From positions 54,560,001-54,624,000 of the forward strand of contig OX597833.1 of assembly GCA_951406725.2 (NCBI GenBank): a stretch of DNA of 64,000 bases. The letters run 5' to 3'. Source of the stretch: Octopus vulgaris. Lineage: Eukaryota. Positions 41,018-52,871 of the stretch are shown here, in pieces (position 1 is the stretch's first letter; each line of letters begins with the position of its first letter). The notes under the pieces are model-generated. The model saw only the letters and a program-made list of their open reading frames with translations, was not told the origin of the DNA and made no database searches. A program made the translations under genes and the position numbers.

Positions 41018-42365
41018 TCATCATCATCATTTAACGTCCAATTTTCCATGCTTGCATGGGTCAGGCAGAAGCAGATTTTCTATGACAAGACATGTATTTT
41101 GCAAAATATCGGAAATGAATAACACTGCTTGTGTGACAGTGACACTCATTTACCACTATCGTATTATATCAAGACATGAGTACACAAGCATATACACACT
41201 CATACATACATACATACATACATACATACATACATACATACATACATACATCAGGCAGTGTCTCTCATGGGTTCTGATATTAACTGGTTGCAAGTACTAT
41301 CATGGCTCTTTTTCTAAAGCACAACATAACATCAAAGGTCTCAGTCATTGCTTCCATGAGGCCCAACAGTCGAAAGAAACTCAGCCACTTTGCCTCCATG
41401 AGGCCCAATGCTCGAAAGGAACTCAGCTACTTTGCCTCCATAAGGCCCAATGCTTGAAAGGAACTCAGCCACGTTGCCTCCACGAGGCCCAATGCTTGAA
41501 AATAATTCAGCCACTTTGCCTCCTTGAGGCCCAACGCTTAAAAGGAATTCAGCCACTTTGCCTCGATGAGGCCCAACGCTTGAAATGAACTCAGCCACGT
41601 TGCCTCCATGAGGCCCAGTGCTTGAAAGGAACTCAGCCACATTGCCTCCATGAGGCCCAATGCTTGAAAGGAATTCAGCCGCTTTGCCTCCATGAGGCCC
41701 AATGCTCAAAAGGAACTCAGCCACTTTGCCTCCATGAGGCCCAATGCTTGAAAGGAATTCAGCCGCTTTGCCTCCATGAGGCCCAATGCTCAAAAGGAAC
41801 TCAGCCACTTTGCCTCCATGAGGCCCAGTGCTTGAGAGGAATTCAGCTACTTTGCCTCCATGAGGCCCAATGCTCAAAAGGAACTCAGCCACTTTGCCTC
41901 CATGAGGCCCAATGCTTGAAAGGAATTCAGCCACTTTGCCGCCATGAGGCCCAACGCTCAAAAGGAACTCAGCCACTTTGCCTCCATGAGGCCCAGTGCT
42001 TGAGAGGAATTCGGCCACGTTGCCTCCATGAGGCCCAACGTTCGAAAGGAACTCAGTCACTTTGCCTCCATGAGGCCCAATGCTTGAAAGGAACTCAGCC
42101 ACTTTGCCTCCATGAGGCCCAACGCTCAAAAGGAACTCAGTCACTTTGCCTCCATGAGGCCCAGTGCTTGAAAGGAATTCAGCTACTTTGCCTCCATGAG
42201 GCCCAACGCTCGAAAGGAACTCAACCATGTTGCCTCCATGAGGCCCAGTGCTCGAAAATAATTCAGCCACTTTGCCTCCATGAGGCTCAAAGTTTGAAGA
42301 TCATGTTTTACCACCTCGTTCCATGTCTTTCTGGATCTATCTCTACCACAAGTTCCCTCCACAGT
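41018..42365 (-). mobile_element. RTE 3' end containing an expanded minisatellite
   Basis: Minus strand reads ..PRKTWNEVVKHDLQTLSLMEA, then the array, then MEAMT..; the tail GGACGTTAAA(TGA)n is at ~41020. Confidence 0.75.
41349..42292. repeat. 42-bp minisatellite, about 22 copies
   Basis: Unit TGCCTCCATGAGGCCCAATGCTYGAAAGGAAYTCAGCCACTT; gives 14-aa repeats in both strand ORFs. Confidence 0.97.
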
Positions 42366-42379
42366 TAGAGATCAGCACA

Positions 42380-43045
42380 TACAACAGGCTTCTTTCAGTT
42401 TCCATCTACGAAATCCATATTCACAGGGCTTTAGTCAGCTTGACGCTATAGCAGAAGACATTTGCCGAAGGGGTCACACACTGGGACTGAACCTGGAACC
42501 ATGTGGTTGGGAAGCAAGCTTCTTACCACACAACCACATAAGAGCGACACTGGCACAGGCAAGACTGTCTGGTAAGAAGCTTGCTTCCCAACCACATGGT
42601 TCTAGGTTCAGTTCCACTGCATGGACCTTGGGCAAGTGTTTTTATAGGTGCAGGCATGGCTGAGTGGTAAGAATCTTGCTTCCAAACTATGTGGTTCAGG
42701 TTCAGTCCCACTGTGTGGCACCTTGGGTAAGTGTCTTCTGCTATAGCCTCAGGCCAACCAAAGCCTTGTGAGGGGATTTGGTAGACAGAAACTGAAAGAA
42801 GCCCATTGTATATATCTATGTATATATTTATGTGTGTTTGTGTGTGTGTGTGTGTCTGTCCCCACATCATCACTTGAGAACCGATGTTGGTGTGCTTACA
42901 TCCCCATAACTTAGCAGTTCGGCAAAGTGACCAATAGAGTAAGTACTAGTGTTACAAAGAATAAATCCCGGGGTCAATTTGTTCAACTAAAAGCAGTGCC
43001 CCTGTATGGACACAGTTAAATGCCTGAAACAAGTAAAAGAATAAA
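42380..43045. mobile_element. Cluster of SINE C copies (minus head, plus head, plus full copy 42646-43045)
   Basis: Family C motifs in both orientations. Confidence 0.85.
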
Positions 43046-43182
43046 ATATATATACATACTTATATATATATATATATATATACACACACATACATACATA
43101 CATTTATACCAGGGGATATAAAATAATAAAGCACATGACAATCAGATGACTCTCTAGGTTTTAAGTACCAATAAGACCTTAT

Positions 43183-43233
<51 letters not shown>

Positions 43234-43481
43234 CATGAGTGTGTATGCATACATAAATATATATATATATATATATATAGATATTGTTGTGGCAAGAGTC
43301 ATTGACACCCCTGGGGGATTGGAAGAATGGACTAGCCAAACTCTTATAAAGAGTAGCGACAAGAGGTCAGTCTCACAAAATACGTCATGTGAAAACATTC
43401 TTTTTTTACACCCCCTCCACGTTAAATTATAAATATCCAACATTCACAAGGATATAAAATATATCGATATATATATCTATA

Positions 43482-43559
<78 letters not shown>

Positions 43560-43580
43560 CATATATAAATAAATACATAC

Positions 43581-43611
<31 letters not shown>

Positions 43612-44116
43612 CAGATTAAAATCTGGTGACATCTCATATGCTCACAATTACATTTTACCCTTTGGAATGGAATAAAGCAGAAGATGAACAAAATATAAAT
43701 AAAAAAGAATTAATACGCTAACAAATAAATAAAAATAGAGATAAAAAAAAGCAGATGCCATTCTTGCTAAAGAAGTTTAATCTGGATTACTATAATCCGA
43801 TTACACTGCTTTGACTAAGCTCTCACATGGATTAACAACATACAGATTAGTAAGAACAGCGGGGTGGATAGGAAGCGATTTACTCTGCTAATAAGCCATC
43901 TGCTGACTGGTTCCTTTGCAGAATCCCGTCATGTAGAAAAATACATATGACTAGAAATTGGATTTGTATTTTATTCCGGTTTCAGCTAGTTGCCAACTAT
44001 ATTATCTTGCATGTATCAAACTTGTGACAAATAAATCTCATTTGTATCCATCTAGGTTTCATATGTTTTGTAACTGATATTTCCTTTCTGTGCGACATGT
44101 GTCTGTATATTATATA

Positions 44117-45404
44117 CGAGGTCTGATCAGTAAATATCAGGACTGTTGCCATAGTAACGAAGCTAAGGAACGCAGGGTGACGCCGCTTGGCACAGATTGA
44201 CCTTGGACTTTGCTGTGCATGCAGATTAAGTTTTAACCTTCTAGCTCACTTCTGCTGTTTACGGCAATGCTTGGAATGAAGGTGTGTAGCATGGGATCGT
44301 CACATTGACCATGGCAGGGAAAAGTTGTCATGGCAACACCTGCTTAGAGGCCTACGCAAAGTTGCAGAAAATGCATAGAGAGGAGTGTATGAGCCACATA
44401 CAAGTGTACGAGTGGTGCAGACGTTTCCAAGATGGTCAAAAAAGTTCTGGGAGACCCAGAACCAACAGAACTGAGAAAAACATTGCAGATGGGCATACAG
44501 ATGTGCATAGGCGCAGGAGTGGCTGTGTGGTAAGTAGCTTGTTTACCAGCCACACGGTTCCAAGTTCAGTCCCACTGCATGGCACCTTGGGCAAGTGTCT
44601 TCTACTATAGCCTCGGGCCGACCAAAGCCTTGTGAGTGGATTTGGTCGACGGAAACTGAAAGTAGCCCGTCGTATATATGTATATATATATATATGTATG
44701 TGTGTGTCTGTGTTTGTCCCCCTAGCATTGCTTGACAACCGATGCTGGTGTGTTTATGTCTCCGTCACTTAGCGGTTCGGCAAGAGAGACCGATAGAATA
44801 AGTACTGGGCTTACAAAAGAATAAGTGCCGGGGTCGATTTGCTTGATTAAAGGCGGTGCTCCAGCATGGCCGCAGTCAAATGACTGAAACAAGTAAAAGA
44901 GAGAAAGAAAGACAGTTGTAAGAGGAAATCATCATTGAATCACCATCCGTGAGTTATTCGAGGATGTCCAGATCAGTTACGGTTCAGTTCAGTCCAATAT
45001 CACTGAAGAATTGGGTATGAGGTGCGTGTCTGCCAAGTTTGTGCCAAAACTACTTTCAGCTGACCAAAATGACACTCAGGTTCCAGTTGCACAAGATCTC
45101 CTTAATTGTGTCAGAAACAAGGAAAAACTTTTTCACAAACTTTGCGTAAACCTTGTAGCAGGTATCACCAAGATTTTGGTACATATTCTCTGCTCAGATT
45201 TCTCTGTCGTGGTCAATGTGATGATCACATGCTACACACCTTCCTTTTAAGCATTGCCGTAAGCAGCAAAAGTGAGCTGGAGCATTAAAACTTAGTGCAC
45301 ATGCACTGTAGAGTTCAAGGCTAATCTGTGCCAAGCAGCTTCAGTATGTGTATTTTAGCTTCGTTACTATGGCGACAGTTCGGATACTTATTGATCAGAC
45401 CACG
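44117..45404 (+). mobile_element. Defective mariner element with nested SINE C (44508-44910)
   Basis: ~50-bp TIRs CGAGGTCTGATCAGTAAATATC../..GATACTTATTGATCAGACCACG with TA TSD. Transposase pieces include MSHIQVYEWCRRFQDG, GRPRT and LGMRCVSAKFVPKLLS. Confidence 0.93.
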
Positions 45405-45409
45405 TATAT

Positions 45410-45628
45410 ACTCTTTTACTCTCTCTTTCTTTTACTCTTTTTTCTTGTTTCAGTCATTTGACTGCAGCCATGCTGGAGCACCGCCTTTAGTCGAGCAAAT
45501 CAACCCCAGGACTTATTCTTTGTAAGCCCAGTACTTATTTTATCGATTTCTTTTGCCAAACCGCTAAGTGACGGGGACGTAAACACACCAGCTTCGGTTG
45601 TCAAGCAATGCTAGAGGGACAAACACAG

Positions 45629-45659
<31 letters not shown>

Positions 45660-45820
45660 TATACGACAGGCTTCTTTCAGTTTCCGTCTACCAAATCCAC
45701 TCACAAGGCCTTGGTTGGCCTGAGGCTATAGTAGAAGACACTTGCCCAAGATGCCACACAGTGGGACTGAACCCGGAGCCATGTGGTTGGTAAGCAAGCT
45801 ACTTACCACACAACCACTCC
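45410..45820 (-). mobile_element. SINE C, full length
   Basis: Reverse complement of the family C consensus. Confidence 0.9.
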
Positions 45821-46727
45821 TATATATATATATATATATGTATATATATTCTTTATTCTTTTACTTGTTTCAGTTATTTGACTGCAGCCATGCAAATCGA
45901 CCCCAGGACTTATTCTTTGTAAGCCTAATACTTATTCTATCAGTCTGTTTTTCCAAACCACTAAGTCACAGGGAAGTAAACACGTAAAGACAGACGAAAT
46001 ACTACTAAGCATTTTGCCCAGCGTGCTAATGTTTCTACCAGCTCGCCACCCTAAAATCTATTTAGATATTGGTGTTGAACTGGTCTACCTCTATAACCAT
46101 TTTGTGTAAGATATCGAAAAGAATACATCTGCATTTTAATGATCAGACTATAGAAAAGTTAACAATTTGCCAAAATTAGCAGTTTTAATAAATATGACAA
46201 TTTGAGTAGACCAATGGAAATCTGCAACGGTGAAAAAAAAACCCAGTTTAAATAAAGAGCAAAAAATAGATTATGTTAACATGACATGAAGAAAAGAGAT
46301 TACTAACTTTTCAAGAAGCAGAGATATTGAGTTAATTTGAGAGCATTGTTGAAATAATTAAAACCACTAATTTTAGTCAGCTGTGAATTGATACTTTTAT
46401 AAACCAGAATTGTAATTGATTTATCCAGCTTTAAGTCTACCAAATGAGCAGGCGAAAGAGATTAAATGTCAGCTTGACTTAAAAGAAATTTGATATGGAA
46501 GTAGATTGTTAATTGTTATGATAATGAGAATATGGTTTGAGTGTGAGTTAAGAAAGCAACTGTTACATTATGCGTCGTTGAGGAGGTCTAACAACATTGA
46601 AACATGTTTGGAGTTGTCACCCCTGCAGCTAAATATCAGACGCACTCTATTTTTTTCTGTGTAACATCAGTTCAAGTATCGAAAGAGTCAAAACAAATAT
46701 CACAAATCTTTTGTTAGCATATTTCTG

Positions 46728-47052
46728 TTACTCTTTTACTCTTTTACTTGTTTCAGACATTTGACGACTGTGGCCATGCTGGAGCACCGCCTTTAGTCGA
46801 GCAAATTGACCCCCAGGACTTATTCTTTGCAAGCCTAGCACTTATTCTATTAGTCTCTTTTGCCGAACTGCTAAGTTACGGGGACGTAAACACACCAGCA
46901 TTGTCAAGCGATGTTGGAACACACACACACACACGCAAAACACATACACACACATACACACATACATATATACAACAGGCTTCTTTCAATTGCCGTATAC
47001 CAAATCCACTCACAAGGCTTTGGTCGGCCCGAGGCTATAGTGGAAGACACTT
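46728..47052 (-). mobile_element. SINE C, 5'-truncated
   Basis: Family C 3' two-thirds. Confidence 0.88.
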
Positions 47053-47056
47053 AAAC

Positions 47057-47097
<41 letters not shown>

Positions 47098-47099
<2 letters not shown>

Positions 47100-47255
47100 C
47101 ATCATCATTGTTCGACCGTGGTCAAGACAATGGAATTTACCATGCTACACCAGACTTCACAGTCCATCATAGCATTACGGAGGTCCTGTTGCTGGATGCC
47201 TGTATCCCTGGAGATTACATCAGGGTTGGAGAGTGCATGCACACTCTCCTTACCC
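47098..47255 (-). mobile_element. RTE 3' fragment inside (AAT)n
   Basis: Near-identical to 19885-20010, with (AAT)n on both sides. Confidence 0.88.
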
Positions 47256-47312
<57 letters not shown>

Positions 47313-47616
47313 CTTCTCTACTATTGGAGCAAGGCCTGAAATTTAGTGGTGGGGGCCCCTCGGGGCATAGACAATTACTTTGACCCTGGTATTTGACTGG
47401 TGCTTTATTTTATCAATTCTGAAAAAGATCGAATGCAAAGCTGATCTTGGTAGGATTTGATCTCAGAACTTAAAGGAACCAGAAGACACGCTGCTAAACA
47501 CTTTGCCTGATGCCCTAACGATTCTACCAGTTTGCTGTCTTTGAACTGGAACACATAATGCAAAGCATGTTTGCCTGGTTCTTGGTTGATTCCACTGTCT
47601 TCATGCATTTAGTTTT

Positions 47617-48002
47617 ATACTAGCAGTATCGCCCGGCGTTGCTCGGGTTTGAAAGGGAAATAACTATACAGCATTTTTAGAGAGTTATAGCCAAAACATA
47701 GCAAACAAATGGAAAAAAATGATGGTAAATTTTTTTGAGAGTTAAAAAGGTCGAGTTGCGTTCCCTAGACAGTCTGTGGTTTGTGTTTCTGATTCTCGAC
47801 CCCATGTCAAATTTATCGATTTTTTTCAGAACTGGGGGAACTTTTCAAAATTTTCGCTGCGTTAGATTTGAATTATGACATTGGGCTATGTGTGTGTCAA
47901 GTTTCATCAGAATCGGTTGAAAGCCGTGGTCAGGGTGAGGGTACAACCTAACAGACACACAGACACGCAGACAGACAAACTGCCGTTTATATATAGAGAG
48001 AT
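47617..48002 (+). mobile_element. Non-autonomous Helitron/Helentron-type element, second copy
   Basis: Same 5' ~120 bp as 1500 (ATACTAGCAGTATCGCCCGGCGTTGCTCGGG) and 3' TTTATATATAGAGAGAT, inserted in a T run. Confidence 0.72.
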
Positions 48003-48496
48003 TTCAGTATTGTTGTGACAAACAAGGATGCTAATACCACTGCATAAAACATGAGCCTGATACAGCATTTCTCACCCTCTAGTTCAACGCATATGTGGCC
48101 AAGGGCCCAATTAAGAAATTAACATATGCAAATATTGTCATGCATTCCGTATTTCTTTTTAATATTTATGAAGAATCTACGTTATGAATATTAATGAATA
48201 TTAATTATATGAAGCACTAATATTGGAGAAATAGTAATAAATAAATAATATTAATATATAATTTTCAATATGTTACTTGCAATTCTCTAAGCCAGTTGTT
48301 TCCAGACTAATAAATACAAACCTTGATACCATTTAAAAAAAAAAATTCATCTAATTTATTTAAATGTTTCAGTCATTGAACAGTGGCCATGCTGGGTGGG
48401 GTTGACTGAATCAGTCTCAGTACTTGTTCTTTATTTTTAAGTTAGAGACTTATCCTATAGGTGTCTTTTACTGGAACCACTTATTTAAAGGGACAT

Positions 48497-48887
48497 AGGC
48501 ATAGGAGTGGCTGTGTGGTAAGTAGCTTGCTTACCAACTACATGGTTCCGGGTTCAGTCCCACTGTATTGAACCCTGGACAAGTGTCTTCTACTATAGCC
48601 TCGGGCCGACCAAAGCCTTGTGAGTGGATTTGGTTGATGGAAACTAAAAGAAGCCCGTCGTATATATGTATATATGTTTATGTGTCTGTGTTTGTCCCCG
48701 CAACATCGCTTGACAACCGATGCTGGTGTGTTTACGTCCCTGTAACTCAGCAATTTGGCAAAAGAGACCAATAGAATAAGTACTAGGCTTACAAAGAATA
48801 AGTCCTGGGGTCGATTTGCTTGACTAAAGGCGATGCTCCAGCATGGCCACAGTCAAATGACTGAAACAAGTAAAAGAGTAAAAGAGA
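48497..48887 (+). mobile_element. SINE C, full length
   Basis: Matches the family C consensus. Confidence 0.9.
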
Positions 48888-48994
48888 ACCAAACCCAGCT
48901 GTCAAGCAGTGATGGGGAACAAACACAAACAGGAAGATGCACCAGGGTCTACAGCTGGATAGGCCTGGTTAGAGGCCCAACCTTCCGTGTTCTT

Positions 48995-49080
48995 TTACAA
49001 GACTTAGAAAAACTGAAGGACTGCTGCAATAAATGTGTGAATCTGAAAGGGGAATATGTTGAATAAAATCATAATTAACA
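48995..49080 (+). pseudogene. mariner transposase C-terminal scrap
   Basis: EKLKDCCNKCVNLKGEYVE*, the typical KC...G.Y.E end. Confidence 0.7.
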
Positions 49081-49199
49081 GCTCTTGCCTGTAAAATTAT
49101 ACTGCCAATATTAACGAGAGCAAGAATCAACCAGATGGGCAATGTCTTTGCATATGAAAAACAATATGTATTTAATAATTCCTTTTTTCTTCTCTTTTG

Positions 49200-50110
49200 G
49201 TCAATGGCATCACATTAAATTTCAGAACATCTTATAGGAAGAATTTGATGCCATTGATGCAAAAGATTTCACACAATCTATTGTGATTGACCATTGGTTG
49301 TTGACACGTGATGCAATGACTGACAGTTTGTCAGTCATGTGTCAGAGAATCTACAATTTTTTTTGCAGTAGAGGAAAAAATATCAGACACTTCCAGCAGT
49401 TCCAAAAACGGCATCTGCTTCCCTACAGCACTGCTAAATGCAATCACACAAATTCACCGTATAACATCCACATGATGAAGAAATAACAAGAGAATTTTTC
49501 AGTATTTGATATCCTTTGTACTCCCTTGTAAATAGTTGCTTGCTATATTAGTACCATTGTTGGATTCTTGACCACTGAAATCTTCCAAGGGAATGCTATT
49601 TTTCTTCAAGGTTTCTTTAGATCAGGTTTGCAATCACAGAACCTGCATTCTCACAACAGTCTTCAAAGGATAGATATATCACTTTAATCTTTAACTCACC
49701 AATTTATTCTTTAAAGGAACCGTATGATAAATGTTGCCTGTTTAACATGTGAAGAATCAGGTGTGGCATCAACTGTTGTTGAATAGTATTTTGTCTTTGA
49801 TCTTCCAGAGAGTAAGTCTTTGAAAACGAGATCAGAGCAAACAGAAATAAATTCATTTTGTGATTCAACTGACAAATAATATACTGGCAACTTTCGCTTT
49901 TCTCTCATCTTTCTTTGACCTCCTTCATACAAGATTCAAAGTAAGGGATCTCTCTCTATAAGACAACTAGCCCAAGGAAATTACCATTATGAACAACACC
50001 AAAGTGGTACTGTATGATTGTGAAGCAACTTCTTAAGCATGCAGCCATACTAACATCAATTCAATTTCAAAATATTCTGAAGTATTTCTTATGGGCTTCC
50101 ATATCATTAA
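49200..50110 (-). pseudogene. hAT (ZMYM1/DUF4371-like) transposase remnant
   Basis: GVVHNGNFLGLV and YLSVESQNEFISVC...KYYSTTVDATPDSSHVKQATFIIRF, with multiple disruptions. Confidence 0.85.
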
Positions 50111-50152
50111 GGGGCACCAGGAAACTGGCCTATCTGCTTCACCTGGTAATAA

Positions 50153-50215
<63 letters not shown>

Positions 50216-50649
50216 GTATATATATATATATACATATACATATACATATATATACATACATACATATATATATACATACATACATATATATATACATAAA
50301 TATATACATCATCATCATCAACTTCGTTTAGCATCCGCTTTACGAAGATGATGATGATGATGTATATATTTATGTATATATATATATGTATGTATATATA
50401 TATGTATGTATATATATAATTTAAATAATGAGGGTGATAAATTGAATATTAATTTAATTAACATCAATTTAAAACCAGTAGCCTAGCATATAGAAAATCT
50501 GAAAATTCAGAAAAATTGTAATACATGTGTATAATAAGGGATGACCACTAAGTGGACATCCAATATGCTAGAAGAAGATCATCTACGATCTAACCACAAA
50601 GAAAAGAATGTTCTCTAGAGAAATTCAACATCAACCACCGGTGATGTCC

Positions 50650-50990
50650 CATTCTTTTTCTTTCTTCTTTTTCTCTTTTCCTTTATGATGGGAGGGTGGA
50701 GTTCCTCCTCCATGTCTGGAAGTCCTTCCATTCCTCCCACCACCTCAGGATCCATAGATAGGCAACTATTGTTGCCCACCTTCTTTCTTTTTTCCTTTCT
50801 TTTTTGGGGGTTGGCACACCCTCGACTTCCTGCCTCTCTCCCTCCAATGGTGGAGCAGGGGGCTCTTCATTTATTAACTGCTCCAGGACTTTTGCTTCAT
50901 CCCAGCAACAGTTTTTCTTTATGTGGCCCATATCCAGGCACAGGTGACACTTGGAGGTACGTCCCTCAAGGATCACCGGATACCTGTAAC
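50650..50990 (-). pseudogene. Retroelement ORF1/gag fragment with a CCHC knuckle (Tx1/L1-like)
   Basis: ILEGRTSKCHLCLDMGHIKKNC fits CX2CX4HX4C. Confidence 0.65.
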
Positions 50991-50991
50991 T

Positions 50992-51222
50992 GGCAGCGAG
51001 CTGGCAGAAACATTAGCACGCCGGGCGAAATGCGTAGCCGTATTTCGTCTGCCATTACGTTCTGAGTTCAAATTCCTCCGAGGTCGACTTTGCCTTTCAT
51101 CCTTTCGGGGTCGATTAAATAAGTACCAGTTACGCACAGGGGTCGATGTAATCGACTTAATCCATTTGTCTGTCCTTGTTTGTACCCTCTGTGTTTAGCC
51201 CCTTGTGGGTAGTAAAGAAATA
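50992..51222 (+). mobile_element. SINE B with a 19-bp TSD
   Basis: GGATACCTG(T/G)AACTGGCAG at 50978-50996 and 51223-51241. Confidence 0.92.
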
Positions 51223-51694
51223 GGATACCTGGAACTGGCAGGGAAGCAAGCTTCTTACCACACAGCCACACCTGTGCCTATAAATATAAAGACAGCCTCA
51301 GCAGGATTTGAACTCTGATTATAAAGGGACATAACTAAGTTTAATAAAGACATTTTGTCCACTACTTGACCAGTTCAGCCAATTCATTAAGTTATCAGTT
51401 TGTTGTTTATAAGTCAGAAACAAAAGCTACACTCAATTTTAAGCAATAAAGCCAAGATATATTTTTATATCATCAAACATTATGGCATATGACTAGTCAG
51501 AATGCTGCTATCAAAACCATTCTGAATATTGCCTATAGACAATAGACATGCCAACACTGGTCACCTTCTGGACATGCTGGCCAGAAGGTTATGTGCTTCT
51601 GACTAACGTGGCTGAAGTGTCTTGTGGCAATATTCATGTGTGAAATTGACAGTAACGTCTTGACCAGTTGCTTGCCAGAACCATCCAATATATT

Positions 51695-51737
51695 GTTAAC
51701 GCCAGCATGGAAAATGGGTGTTAAAAGATGAGGATGA

Positions 51738-51771
<34 letters not shown>

Positions 51772-52107
51772 GCTGGTGGTGGTGGTGGTGGTGGTGGTGG
51801 CTACGACGACAACGACGATGATGACGATTATGATGACGATGATGATGACGATGATGAGGATGATGATGATGATGATGATGACGATGATGATGACGAGGAT
51901 GATGACGAGGATGATGATGAGGATGATGATGACAATGATGATGAGGATGATGACGATGATGACGATGATGATGAGGAGGATGTTGAGGATGATGACGATG
52001 ATGAGGATAATGAGGATGAGGAGGAGGATGATGATGATGACGATGATGATGACGATGATGATGATGATGACGATGGTGATGATGATGATGATGATGTAGA
52101 TGATGAT
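51695..52107 (+). repeat. (GAT)n array following an RTE tail
   Basis: GCCAGCATGGAAAATGGGTGTTAAAA followed by ~380 bp of GAT/GGT/GAC. Confidence 0.88.
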
Positions 52108-52544
52108 ATATATAATCTTGGATCACCTTGGAAACGTTGTGTTAACATGTATTTTCGATGATATTAAATTTCAGTGATATTTTCTATATCTGAATCATGT
52201 TAATAGAATAGAAAGAGTTGTCGGCTTTGTAAGGTGAATTCAGCAATTAAAGATGTGATTTTTCTCTCTAGATGTATTTTTGATGTCAGATACTCCGAAT
52301 CTCTCGAAATTCTTCTAAACAATATTTGGATCTACTTCTCATACCTGGGAGATTACAGTGGATGTGTATCTTACTTACATTTACTGATGTCTGATTGTTG
52401 AATAAAATTAACCAAATTCTGTAAAAACTGAGTGCTTTATTGATACTTGCCTGTATATAAGTGTGGTCAGTCAATATGTGACCTCGTGTGTATTGGCGAT
52501 TTTTTTCCTCCATTTCCCTTCTCTGGACCTTTCCTTTTTCTATG

Positions 52545-52577
52545 TTTCTGACGAAGAGCTCCGCTCAAAACATTAAA
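52545..52577 (+). ncRNA. Degenerate Penelope-type minimal hammerhead motif
   Basis: CTGACGA-A-GAGC-TCC-GCTC-AAAAC (G12 changed to A); same architecture as 27562. Confidence 0.55.
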
Positions 52578-52796
52578 TCCTCCTTCTTTCTTTTCTTTCC
52601 TGAGTGTCCAATACTTGTTCCACGTCCTCACATTGTTGTGTTTTCTCTTGGTTCATGTTTGGATTAACTATATATATATATTATACATATGTATATATAT
52701 ATATATATATTACTATCTCCCTATATCATAGATACAATATTACAAGCTAGGTGATGAGCTAGCAGAATCGTTACCACGCGGGGCGAAATGCTTAGT

Positions 52797-52843
<47 letters not shown>

Positions 52844-52871
52844 CATTATATAATTAGCGTTCAGTAAAAAA

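Noticed and set aside
41349-42292. CRISPR-like or tandem-hammerhead reading of the 42-bp array
   Set aside because: Units are contiguous with no unique spacers and no cas genes. ATGAGGCCC..GAAA resembles a hammerhead, but the CUG core and a consistent stem II are missing.
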